Shown here: in pieces, positions 49,655-59,054 of the stretch
Numbering within the stretch: position 1 is the stretch's first letter
Layout: each line of letters opens with the position of its first letter
DNA from: Bdellovibrionota bacterium
GTDB lineage: Bacteria; Bdellovibrionota_C; UBA2361; CALJRW01
Direction of reading: 5' to 3'
DNA: 64,000 nt
NCBI GenBank assembly: GCA_041740355.1
Contig: JBGSMD010000046.1
Location: forward strand, 32,001-96,000
The notes under the pieces: generated by a model
The model's database searches: none
What the model saw: only the letters and a program-made list of their open reading frames with translations
Told to the model about the DNA's origin: nothing
Made by a program: the position numbers and the translations under genes

Positions 49655-50465
49655 TATGACTACTATTATTAAAATCTAACTCCTGGACTAATTTAATATT
49701 CTGTAGCAGATGTTCGGGATTTATGGTGCCAGCAACAAGGCTTTTCACTCCTTGATGTTGAAGGGCTGCTTGAAAACATTTTCTTAAGCTTGTCTGGGGA
49801 CTCTTAGAATCTAAATGTCCTGATAATAACCCCTTTTTAACAGTGATAGATTTTCCTAAAAACTCAGCATTCTCGATTACGGATAGGTGCTCTTGGTAAT
49901 CAGGATTGAATGGAATCATTGCTATATCCGAATTTTCTAAAGCGAAAAGTCCACCAGCAACAGAGTGAGTGGATGCTCCATAAGATCTAATTAGGCCTTT
50001 CTTTTTAAGTTCTGCTAAGGTTTCTAAAGCAGCACTTGTTTGCATTGTTTCTAAATCATTCCGTGGCAAGTGTAGTAATACTGTATCTAGGTAGTCAGTC
50101 TTTAAGCGCTTAAGACTGCGCTCAATGCTAAAGATTAAATGTTCTTTAGAAAAATTATAAGTAGAATTTTCACCATCAAATTCTTCGCCAACTTTTGTAG
50201 AAAGTATAAACTCTGTGCGTTTTCCGACAAGGAGTTTGCCAATTCTTTCTTCGGCAATTCCATAAGCGGGAGCTAGATCGATTAAATTAATTCCATGTTC
50301 TAAGCAGATGGTGATTAACTTTAAAACTGTAGCATCGTCAGGTAAAGGAAAACCATCTGGTGTTTTGTTTTTCACCATGAAATTTCTACCAACCTTTACT
50401 GTGCCCCAGCTTAGTACCGACACTTCGATTCCAGTATTGCCTAGTTGACGCTTTGCTATTGCCAT
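49647..50465 (-). CDS. Aldo/keto reductase
   Basis: RQLGNTG.EVS.L..GTVK.GR, D.APAYG, STKVG, SLKRLKTDYLD.V.LH. Confidence 0.93.
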   Translation of the reverse strand: MAIAKRQLGNTGIEVSVLSWGTVKVGRNFMVKNKTPDGFPLPDDATVLKLITICLEHGINLIDLAPAYGIAEERIGKLLVGKRTEFILSTKVGEEFDGENSTYNFSKEHLIFSIERSLKRLKTDYLDTVLLHLPRNDLETMQTSAALETLAELKKKGLIRSYGASTHSVAGGLFALENSDIAMIPFNPDYQEHLSVIENAEFLGKSITVKKGLLSGHLDSKSPQTSLRKCFQAALQHQGVKSLVAGTINPEHLLQNIKLVQELDFNNSSHIV

Positions 50466-51640
50466 TTCGTGTCCTCCCAAGGGTAATTACCAATCTGTGG
50501 CGAGTTTAACTTTAAATTCTCAGAGGAGTTACTGCTTGTAAGTTTTTGTTTTTCTAAGGCACTTAATAGTTTGTGAGTAATGGCAGGAGCAAAGGTTAGT
50601 TTGGTTGGCCAGGCAAGCATGGTGTTACTTTTTTCCATAATAGCCGGACCTTCGGGGAGGAATCCATTACTGGTATAAGGCTCGGCCCGATCAATTAATA
50701 ATGTTGACCATTTCTTGCTATCCCAATTAATAAATGGAAATAAAGTTTTCAATTCTTGTTTTGCAAAATCGATAGCGACTTCATCACTGTCTTCAATATG
50801 TTTTACTGCAACTAGACCACCTAAATACCAAGTGAATTTTCCATTTGCTTTAGGGTGCGCTGACACAGTGACTCTGGGCCTTGGATCAATAGTAATGCAG
50901 TGGGCGTATAGTGGATATTCAATATCATCAACCAGAATTTGCTTTAATGGACGTCTTTGAGTTGTTTTTTTGTTAGGCCAAAGCTTAGCAGCTATTTCTT
51001 CGTTACCCAGGCCAGCTGTAAAAATAAACTGATCGGCAGTGAGTTCTAACGTCTGCACGCCTTGTGTAATAACTAGTGATTCTAATTTTTCGTTTTTTAC
51101 ATTTAATTCTAAATGATCAATCTTGAGGATCTGTTCTAAGTAGTTTCTACTAAGAGCTTCAGCAACACTTTGAATATCCAAAACTACTTCATCTAACTGA
51201 TAGATCTTACCTTTAAATTTTTTATGTGCTTGGAAAATTTCTGGCCAATGCTCTTTTGGTAAACTATCAACTCGGGAGTTCATTGCTTTAGAAGCAAAAA
51301 AAGAAGTTACGTTTGCGGTTAATCCGCCGGGTGACCACATGTATTGTTTAGAACTTAAAATTTTGGCTGAACTTAAATCGGGAGTAATTTCACCTTTTAG
51401 TGCTTGATCCCAAATTCCGGGCATAGCAGAAATAGATTCTGAATGGCTACTTAGTGCGCCTTGCAAGGCGTAACGTTGTCCACCGTGAATCATTCCTTGG
51501 GAGGCTAGGCTTTGAAGTCCACCAATAGCATTTTTTTCTAGAAGAATTACATCGTACCCCTTAGTTTTTAGAACATTAAAGCTCCAAAGCCCGGCAATGC
51601 CTGCTCCAACGATAATAATTTGATGGTGAGATGAATTCAT
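50456..51640 (-). CDS. FAD-dependent oxidoreductase
   Basis: GAGIAGLW, Q..ASQGMIHGG..YAL, Q.RPL, WYLGG, DRAEP, WPTKL; coupled to the AKR gene. Confidence 0.88.
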   Translation of the reverse strand: MNSSHHQIIIVGAGIAGLWSFNVLKTKGYDVILLEKNAIGGLQSLASQGMIHGGQRYALQGALSSHSESISAMPGIWDQALKGEITPDLSSAKILSSKQYMWSPGGLTANVTSFFASKAMNSRVDSLPKEHWPEIFQAHKKFKGKIYQLDEVVLDIQSVAEALSRNYLEQILKIDHLELNVKNEKLESLVITQGVQTLELTADQFIFTAGLGNEEIAAKLWPNKKTTQRRPLKQILVDDIEYPLYAHCITIDPRPRVTVSAHPKANGKFTWYLGGLVAVKHIEDSDEVAIDFAKQELKTLFPFINWDSKKWSTLLIDRAEPYTSNGFLPEGPAIMEKSNTMLAWPTKLTFAPAITHKLLSALEKQKLTSSNSSENLKLNSPQIGNYPWEDTKWQ

Positions 51641-51716
51641 GTTTCTAGTTAGGAAATTACTTGGTTAGTTCTTATAGTACTACAATATTTTGATAAATTA
51701 TGCGATTCTCTGACTT

Positions 51717-52202
51717 ATGTCTAAGTTGCGAATTACGGAATCTCTCAGTCAGGAATTAATGGAAGCTGCCTTGATCGAAGCCAGGAAGGCGGCCCTTGTG
51801 GAGGAAGTGCCAGTAGGTGCTGTTGTCTATTATCAAGATCGGATTATCGCGCGCGCTCACAATTTAGTAGAAATACAAAAGGATAGCTCGGCTCATGCCG
51901 AAATCTTAGCAATTAAAATGGCCGCCGAAGTTTTAGGAGATTGGCGCTTGAATCAATGCATTTTAGCTGTCACCTTAGAACCCTGCACAATGTGTTTAGG
52001 CGCAATTAAATTAGCTCGAATTCCTAATCTAATTATTGGATTAATGGATCCAGTTCGTGGTGCTTGTGGTTCATTGTTCGATTTAAGTAAGGACACTCGG
52101 TTAGGACCCGAAATTGAATTAATTACTAATATTTATGCTGGTAAGTCGGAAGATATTTTAAAGAGATTTTTTCAGAGTAAAAGATCTCAATCTAAAAACT
52201 AA
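51717..52202 (+). CDS. tadA: tRNA-specific adenosine deaminase
   Basis: EVPVGAV, AHAE, WRL, VTLEPCTMC.GA. Confidence 0.93.
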   Translation: MSKLRITESLSQELMEAALIEARKAALVEEVPVGAVVYYQDRIIARAHNLVEIQKDSSAHAEILAIKMAAEVLGDWRLNQCILAVTLEPCTMCLGAIKLARIPNLIIGLMDPVRGACGSLFDLSKDTRLGPEIELITNIYAGKSEDILKRFFQSKRSQSKN

Positions 52203-52576
52203 AGGCTCTTTTGAGACCATTTTTTAGTTAAACGATCTTTAGCGCCACCAAATTCTTGATCAACATGATTAACGATTTCCGACAAGGTTTGCTTGCCGTC
52301 TTGATCAAATGTATCAGGATGGGGAAGAGAACTGAGAATATAAAAAGCAATTTCCTTGGGATTTACTTTACCCTTACAGGCTTTCGAATAATTAAAAGCT
52401 ATATCGACTAAGTTAAATCTGTAGTTTTGTTGTATCGCAATTTCAAAAACGCTAGAAATCTCCTTGATCACGTTATGTAGCTCTTGTGAGTTAATTAATT
52501 TGTGATTTGCTTCGATTCCTCTCCTCCAACCATCGATTTCTAATTCAAAAAGTTCGGGGAAGTTTAAAGCACTCAT
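52199..52576 (-). CDS. Hypothetical protein
   Basis: 125-aa ORF co-oriented with 52595-52837. Confidence 0.65.
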   Translation of the reverse strand: MSALNFPELFELEIDGWRRGIEANHKLINSQELHNVIKEISSVFEIAIQQNYRFNLVDIAFNYSKACKGKVNPKEIAFYILSSLPHPDTFDQDGKQTLSEIVNHVDQEFGGAKDRLTKKWSQKSL

Positions 52577-52594
52577 TGGAGTTTAGATTAAATT

Positions 52595-52837
52595 TTATGC
52601 TGCAAGTTTCACATAGGGGGTAAAATCATGGATCAAGTGTGTGTGTGATGGTACCTCTGTTGGTCCTTTTGTTGCAATCCTAAAAACCGCTATGTTAAAA
52701 TCAGAAGGTCTTTGTGCATCAGGCGCTTGATTAAAAGCTTTTCTGGCTGCAAAATTATTGCCACCAAGCCCATCACACTCTTTGATTTCGGTCTGTTTAT
52801 GATCTTTTAAAGTTACTTTTAAGTCTTGGTTAGTCAT
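52595..52837 (-). CDS. Small hypothetical protein ending in -LAA
   Basis: 80-aa ORF with ATG start; C-terminus YVKLAA. Confidence 0.6.
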   Translation of the reverse strand: MTNQDLKVTLKDHKQTEIKECDGLGGNNFAARKAFNQAPDAQRPSDFNIAVFRIATKGPTEVPSHTHLIHDFTPYVKLAA

Positions 52838-53047
52838 AGTTTATATCCACAAAGGTAGTATTTTTAACTATCAAACATCCTCTTAAAACTGCTTCTAAAA
52901 TAAATAAAAAATCTTAACTAATTGATATTGTTAAGGATATTATCTATCTTAAATGACCATTCTGTACTATATATAAGCCTAAAGAATTCACTTAAAGGAG
53001 TCGATACTATGTTCAGCTGTTGTTTGGTAACATTTTTCAAGGAAGAT

Positions 53048-53446
53048 ATGTTTACACTCTTTAAATTCATATTCAAAATCGTGCTGACGGTTCAAGTTTT
53101 TCATTGGATGCTTGCAGAAGCGGATGTTTTTCTGCCAGGTGTTAAACAGTTTGCTCTCGAACAAATGCAAACTTATCAAATTCCAACACACCAAGCGATC
53201 TTAACAGATGGAGTTCTTAATTTCGGAGAAATGGGTGAAAAGGTTGATCGGATGTTAGCTCATGTTGCCGAGAGTCCGATTAAAATGGAAATTCCAAGAG
53301 GCTTAATTAGTTCAGGTCAAACAAAACTTCAAGAGCTAAAGTATGTTGCCTTAAATCAGTTGCCTGTTAATCCAGTAGAAGTTTTTGAAAATCAAAAACT
53401 TAAAGATGTTTTTAATGCGACGACTAATTCTTGGCAAGAATTTTAA
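53048..53446 (+). CDS. Hypothetical protein with N-terminal hydrophobic segment
   Basis: AAGGA RBS before ATG 53048 within track ORF 52922-53446. Confidence 0.6.
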   Translation: MFTLFKFIFKIVLTVQVFHWMLAEADVFLPGVKQFALEQMQTYQIPTHQAILTDGVLNFGEMGEKVDRMLAHVAESPIKMEIPRGLISSGQTKLQELKYVALNQLPVNPVEVFENQKLKDVFNATTNSWQEF

Positions 53447-55364
53447 TTCCCAAATTACGATTATCGGACGATAGTCCTAATTCTTGTGGTGAATTTATCT
53501 GATCTATCACCAAATAAAGTTTGCCTAAATTTAATTCTTTTTTCCCTAATTCGATTTCCAAATAATCTTCTTGCTGGGTAATAGGAAAGTTAACTTTAAA
53601 TTCTTCTGGAATTACTAAGCTAAGTTTTTGTGGTATCCAAGGTGAGAAGTATTTAAAGCTAAGTTTTACTCTGTTCTGTTCCGCACTTAAACAAAGATGT
53701 AAGTCTAAGTAGTAAATCTTTTGATCTAACCAAAACTCATTGAATTTATCGGCCTCTAAATAACAAAGATTATCTTTAAATTGAAATTCCAAGGCAGCAA
53801 TATCTAATTGATCTAGGTTTCTAAAGATTTCATTCTGATTGAATGTTAAAAGTTGGATTTCAGGATTATTAACTACTCGTTTTTTTTCTAAATCTCCAGG
53901 AAAGAACATTTTAGTGCTAACGATGTTTTTCTCTACATTGCTTAATTGTAAATAGCCAGGAACTAGAACTTCTTGATAGCCCTGAAGAAAAAGCTCAATT
54001 AACTTCTCTTTCTTTAAGTTAACACGATTAGTTCCAGGTCTGGTTAGGATTTCCTTTCCTTGTTCTTGCTTGGTAAATTTCGGTAGCCATAAATTTCCAT
54101 CAACAGCCAAACGCGAGTTCGGATTACCTGTAGAATGCAGATAGTTAAAGGCCTCAGTACGACTGTCAACAGTTTTTGATTTTTGAATCTGATAGATGCT
54201 GAGCACTAAGGGTTGTATTAAGACTAAGACGATTAAGCAAACACGCGTAGCTTTTGCTTTTAAGGATAGAAATAAATACTGCAAACCTATTACTGTGAGG
54301 ACTGGAATTAATGGCAAGATTAATAGTAAGTTGCGATTGAAGTTTGCTTTTTGAGAGATCATTAAAGCTAAGTATCCAAATAGAAATACCACTAATGGAA
54401 TAAGATCGTGATTTTTTTTCTGGAGGCCATAGGCTATTCCGACAAAGGCAATGGTTAGAGGAATAATACCCAGATCGTAGATACTAAGGCGGCTAAGATA
54501 ATAAAGTAACTGTGATAATCCCGGTTCCGCCTGATGATTGATGTGTCCAGCAACTCCATAATGCCAAACTTCAAAGGCCAGATGATCAAGAAACAGGGGT
54601 AGTTCTTTCAGGATATACGGCGACGCTGCGATAAAAGCGATCCAAGGGGCAATTGTTGCTATGAAAATCTTCCAAAGACTTGGTTTGACCAGGATGCAAC
54701 TTACTAGTGGTACTAGAATAATTGGTAGGGCATTATATTTAGTCGAGATTGCTAGGCCGGCAAAGATTGCCGACAAACAAATCGTTCTGATTCGTGGATT
54801 GCGATAGTATAAGGTTGCCGCCAATATAGTTAAGAGGCAAAACAATGCTGTCGGTTGATTTACCCCAATACTTGCTGAGTATTCTAGTGAAAGAGGTGCC
54901 AGTGATGTTAGTAGTGAGCTTAGAACTGAAAGTATCGGACTACGAGTTAAAAGCAAGGTCAAGTAATAAACGGCAACAATAATTAACAAGCCGATCCCAA
55001 TCGAAAATAAGCGATTAGCTTTTAGCGTTGCCGGATGCGAGCTAGTAAAATTATAGCCAGAAATTCCGTAAGTATCTTTTGTTCTAATATCCTTAATAGA
55101 TCTTGCTTGTTCTTTTTTTACAGACCATAAAAATCCAGCAGAGATTGCTGGTAAGCGAAGATAGAAATTTAGGCTTGGTTTTAAGAAATACTTCGGATTT
55201 AATTCTCCAGTTTGGAGCATCTGAACTTGACGATTAAAGTGGTGTGCTTCGTCTTCGTCATAAAAATATGGTAATCCACTCCCCACAAAAGGTAGCCTGA
55301 TTAACAAGCTAAAAATAAGGATTAAGGTAACGGAAATATAGTGGTTTTTGGTCAGTTTATGCAC
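53424..55364 (-). CDS. ArnT/PMT-like (GT-C) glycosyltransferase
   Basis: R....GLPY.YDEDE, LNP.YF.KP, GLAISTKY, ASPY, R.LL...P; periplasmic C-terminal domain. Confidence 0.85.
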   Translation of the reverse strand: MHKLTKNHYISVTLILIFSLLIRLPFVGSGLPYFYDEDEAHHFNRQVQMLQTGELNPKYFLKPSLNFYLRLPAISAGFLWSVKKEQARSIKDIRTKDTYGISGYNFTSSHPATLKANRLFSIGIGLLIIVAVYYLTLLLTRSPILSVLSSLLTSLAPLSLEYSASIGVNQPTALFCLLTILAATLYYRNPRIRTICLSAIFAGLAISTKYNALPIILVPLVSCILVKPSLWKIFIATIAPWIAFIAASPYILKELPLFLDHLAFEVWHYGVAGHINHQAEPGLSQLLYYLSRLSIYDLGIIPLTIAFVGIAYGLQKKNHDLIPLVVFLFGYLALMISQKANFNRNLLLILPLIPVLTVIGLQYLFLSLKAKATRVCLIVLVLIQPLVLSIYQIQKSKTVDSRTEAFNYLHSTGNPNSRLAVDGNLWLPKFTKQEQGKEILTRPGTNRVNLKKEKLIELFLQGYQEVLVPGYLQLSNVEKNIVSTKMFFPGDLEKKRVVNNPEIQLLTFNQNEIFRNLDQLDIAALEFQFKDNLCYLEADKFNEFWLDQKIYYLDLHLCLSAEQNRVKLSFKYFSPWIPQKLSLVIPEEFKVNFPITQQEDYLEIELGKKELNLGKLYLVIDQINSPQELGLSSDNRNLGIKILAKN

Positions 55365-55604
55365 CCGCTTAATATAGCAAGGGCTACCTGCTTTTGCAAA
55401 ACCAAAGTAATCATCTTGCCTTTGGCGGATCTCGAAAGGATTCTACCCTTTTGGAGAGCAAAAAACATAGTTTCTATTGATCAAGATTTTCGGTGTTTCA
55501 AAAGGAGAGAATTATTTAACCTTCACTAAAACTTGAATCAGTAATAAGAAGATTAAACAATTATGAGGATTCTTTTTGCCTAGAATCCATGTAGAGTAGG
55601 GCAG

Positions 55605-56102
55605 TTATTTCTGGACAGTACGAGCCATTAATTTCTCATCTAACATGAAAAGTCCAACCCCGGAGGTTCCCAATTTATCGATATCATCGATCACTGCTCG
55701 AGTACTGGCTAATTCCTCAACCTGCTCCTGCAAGAACCATTGCAAGAAGTTGTAGGTTAATTGATCTTTTTCAGATAAGGATAGATTAGACAGATCGACT
55801 AGATTTTTAGTGATATCTTGTTCGGCCTGCATAGCCGCTTCAAAGACTTCTTTGATATTTTTAAAATTTTGCTTTGGAGTATCAATCGCTGAAATCTCCA
55901 CCTGCTCACCAAGTTCCGTCAGGTAATGATAAATTTTCATTCCGTGATTATGTTCCTCTGAAGACTGTAGTTTTAACCACGTAGCACAGCCAGGTAATTT
56001 ATTATTGTCACAATATACCGCCATCCCTAAGTATTTATAAGCAGATTGTAATTCGCGATTTAATTGTTTATTAAGACTAGTAATGATTTTAGCTTTTAAC
56101 AT
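55605..56102 (-). CDS. ftnA: Non-heme ferritin
   Basis: LNKQLNRE..SAY.YL.M, EE..H, E..IT, FLQWF..EQVEE. Confidence 0.93.
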   Translation of the reverse strand: MLKAKIITSLNKQLNRELQSAYKYLGMAVYCDNNKLPGCATWLKLQSSEEHNHGMKIYHYLTELGEQVEISAIDTPKQNFKNIKEVFEAAMQAEQDITKNLVDLSNLSLSEKDQLTYNFLQWFLQEQVEELASTRAVIDDIDKLGTSGVGLFMLDEKLMARTVQK

Positions 56103-56199
56103 TTAATTTTGCTCCTTAAAGAATTAAATTTCCTCGAGTTCACGATATAGGAAAGTTTTTGAATCGACTATATTATACTGTTAATCATACATAACTACA

Positions 56200-56724
56200 A
56201 TGAAAATCAAACTTATTAAAACAGAGATCATTACTGAAGAGTTTCGTTTTCCAGTAAAGAAACAATTCTTTGAACACCCCGATGGATCTATTCATCGTCG
56301 TGATTTAATTGAGCATCCGGGTGCTGTTTTGATAATTCCTAAATTAACTAGTGATACCTATGTAATGATTAAGCAGTACCGACATGCAATTCAACAGGAG
56401 ATTTATGAGTTTCCCGCAGGAACAATTGAACCCGGGGAAGATTTGGTTGAATGTGCTCAAAGGGAGTTACAAGAAGAAATTGGATACAAAGCGAATACCT
56501 TAAAAAGTCTGGGACATATTTACCCAACACCGGGGTTTTGTAATGAGATTATTCACTGTTACTTGGCTGAGGATCTCATTCCCAGTCAGTTGGAACTCGA
56601 CGACGGAGAAGTAATTGAAAAAATTATTTTAAGTAAATCAGAAATAAAAGACTTAGTCATTCAAAATAAACTGATTGATTCCAAAAGCTTAGCAATTATG
56701 ACGAAAGCGGGACTGTTTGACTAA
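56200..56724 (+). CDS. NUDIX hydrolase (ADP-ribose pyrophosphatase-like)
   Basis: HPGAV, QYR, EFPAG, Nudix box G.IEPGE....CAQRELQEEIG, TPGF.NE. Confidence 0.92.
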   Translation: MKIKLIKTEIITEEFRFPVKKQFFEHPDGSIHRRDLIEHPGAVLIIPKLTSDTYVMIKQYRHAIQQEIYEFPAGTIEPGEDLVECAQRELQEEIGYKANTLKSLGHIYPTPGFCNEIIHCYLAEDLIPSQLELDDGEVIEKIILSKSEIKDLVIQNKLIDSKSLAIMTKAGLFD

Positions 56725-56774
56725 AGTTATAGATCTGCGACTATTCTAATTGAAAACTAGATTTAAGGCTGTAA

Positions 56775-59042
56775 ATGAATCATTTCGCACATCATGCTCA
56801 TATTTCTTCACATGAGCCAACAGAAGTTTATGAACGACCTAGCAGAGAAGTCTCGGCTGCTACTCAAAAATATTCAGACTTAGTAATAGAAGATATATTT
56901 AAAAGACTTGGAGGTGTCGATCTTCTCGATGCTGACTTCGTTCGCAAGGCAGTTCGTGATTGTGGAGAATATTTAAACTTTTCTTCGATGGCTTCGCCGC
57001 ACCTCAAAAGTGGGGAGCAGGGTTGTGTTGCCGTCTTCGGATCCTCTCGTTCAATGGAGTTTGATTATAAAGGTCTAGTGCAAGTTGAGGATATTCTCTC
57101 TTTGCTTGTAGAGCAGGAAGCTGAAGGAGGAGCTCGCATTGCTGTTCATGGAGTGCGCCCCAAGAAAATTGTTTCCATCTTGAAGCAACTTAAGGAAATA
57201 AATTACCGACCGCAGAATCTCGCCGTTGAAAAGCTTGAATCGCTTAGCGAAATTTTGACAGAAATTAGCGCACTAAATGATCCCAAGTTACTAGAGCTTA
57301 TTAATCAAACCCCAGAATCTTTGGCAAATCTAACTCAACGCATAACTCTTGCACAAAATAGTGGAAAATCTCCTAGTAATAAACTCTTTGATTTGAAAGC
57401 TTTGTTGCAGATTGAGACAATATTCAAGGGTATTTGCGATGAAGACAATTATAAAATTCATCTAACTAATTTAAAAATAGATTTAGCTGAATTGCATATC
57501 TTGCAGAAGGATATTTCAAAATGTCTTGCTAAGCCGGGAAAATTATCAATACCACTTACCGAAGAGATCGAAGATATCTTAACTAAAATATACAACGATC
57601 GTAATCCACAACTTCGACGCATCGTTCGACAAACTCCTGAATCCATTTCGCAGTTACGAACAAAGCTTAATATGCACTGGGGCTATCAAAAATCTATGCA
57701 AATGGGAGCATCTTTGGATGAGGCAGGATTTATGGTGATGAGTGGTGGTGGACCTGGTTCAATGGAAGGTTCTTGCCGAGGTGCCAATCCAAATCAGAAG
57801 CTTGATGCCAATGTAATTGCCGTGGCAATTAATATTCCGGGTGAGCCAGGCAATCCGTATATTCCTGGCCATGGCCCCGGACATCACGAGCTAGTAAAAG
57901 GGGATTCAAGTTTGGATCGGCGCTCTGAGCATGACAAATTTACAATGCGTAAGTGGGGCCTTGTACACGAAAGTAATGGCTTAATCGTCATGCCGGGGGG
58001 ATTCGGAACTATGGAAGAATTTCTTGAAGTACTCAGTTTGATCTCTGGGGGTAATATCGATCAACCAGTTTGTTTTGTAGGCAAGCGCTTCTGGTCACCG
58101 ATCATTAGAGCTTTAAAAGAAACAGGATTTATTACTAAAGATTTGGCTTCCAGAATTTCAATTGTTGACGATACGAAGCAGGCAGCAGATAAAATCAAGG
58201 ATTACTATGTCCGTAATCATTCCGTAGATGGTAAAATTGTTTGGCCAAAACGATGGCAGAATTTAGATGACGATCTGGATCGTGATTTTTTGGTTAAGCG
58301 TAAAGTGCTACCAGACGGCAGCACCGCAGAGCTATTTTCATTCCCGCAGCATGAGTTTGAGAAACTAGCTCCGGAGAGGCGTGAGGTGATTTCAGAATTA
58401 TTAGCAATCGCAAAAGATGAAATGGCGAAAGTTCTTGGCAGTTGTCCGCATGCGGATTTGATGACCCCTAAAATGATTACGGGATTTGCTAAATTCTTGG
58501 TTGATAGTTTGAACATCGGCTCCAAGATGGCCGAATTAAAAGTTGATCACCCAGTTTTACTAATGGGCAGTCAGAATCAAACACACTTTACAGAAATGAA
58601 ATCGATCTTGCTTCAGAATGGCGTCTCCGTCGTTCAAAAAATTGGAGATACTGAAACTGGCGGAATCGGGATCACGGTCAGCGTTCCTAATATTAATGCA
58701 GATTCAGATAATGTTAGTTTTGACATTGATATTCCGGCGAGGATCCGAGCAATGGCTTTAGATATAGCCGCAGGACAGTGTAATAAGATTTTTGTCGCCA
58801 ACGGTGGAATTAAAGCATTGCATCGTACTTTTCAGTACTTATGTTGGATACAAACTGGTAAATTAAAAGATACTCAGTTAGTGGTAATCGATCCTCATAA
58901 ACGTTTTATGAAAGCCTTCAAGGCAATTTGTGAACAATCAGAAAACTTTGGCTGTACAAAACGTTCCGAGCGAGGTTTTATACAAATCTTTCAGTCTAGA
59001 GAAGAAGCCGTCGCTGCCGGTCACATAGAGTTAGCGGCTTAA
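56775..59042 (+). CDS. Atypical LOG/SLOG-family protein with tandem insert and degenerate second LOG domain
   Basis: AVFGSSR, SGGGPGSMEG..RGA, F.MRK, PGGFGTMEE; about 200 aa inserted after the first strand. Confidence 0.85.
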   Translation: MNHFAHHAHISSHEPTEVYERPSREVSAATQKYSDLVIEDIFKRLGGVDLLDADFVRKAVRDCGEYLNFSSMASPHLKSGEQGCVAVFGSSRSMEFDYKGLVQVEDILSLLVEQEAEGGARIAVHGVRPKKIVSILKQLKEINYRPQNLAVEKLESLSEILTEISALNDPKLLELINQTPESLANLTQRITLAQNSGKSPSNKLFDLKALLQIETIFKGICDEDNYKIHLTNLKIDLAELHILQKDISKCLAKPGKLSIPLTEEIEDILTKIYNDRNPQLRRIVRQTPESISQLRTKLNMHWGYQKSMQMGASLDEAGFMVMSGGGPGSMEGSCRGANPNQKLDANVIAVAINIPGEPGNPYIPGHGPGHHELVKGDSSLDRRSEHDKFTMRKWGLVHESNGLIVMPGGFGTMEEFLEVLSLISGGNIDQPVCFVGKRFWSPIIRALKETGFITKDLASRISIVDDTKQAADKIKDYYVRNHSVDGKIVWPKRWQNLDDDLDRDFLVKRKVLPDGSTAELFSFPQHEFEKLAPERREVISELLAIAKDEMAKVLGSCPHADLMTPKMITGFAKFLVDSLNIGSKMAELKVDHPVLLMGSQNQTHFTEMKSILLQNGVSVVQKIGDTETGGIGITVSVPNINADSDNVSFDIDIPARIRAMALDIAAGQCNKIFVANGGIKALHRTFQYLCWIQTGKLKDTQLVVIDPHKRFMKAFKAICEQSENFGCTKRSERGFIQIFQSREEAVAAGHIELAA

Positions 59043-59054
59043 GAAATCTTTTGC

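Noticed and set aside
52595-52900. tmRNA suggested by the LAA-stop ending
   Set aside because: No tRNA-like acceptor or T-arm nearby; the frame is an ordinary 80-aa ATG ORF.
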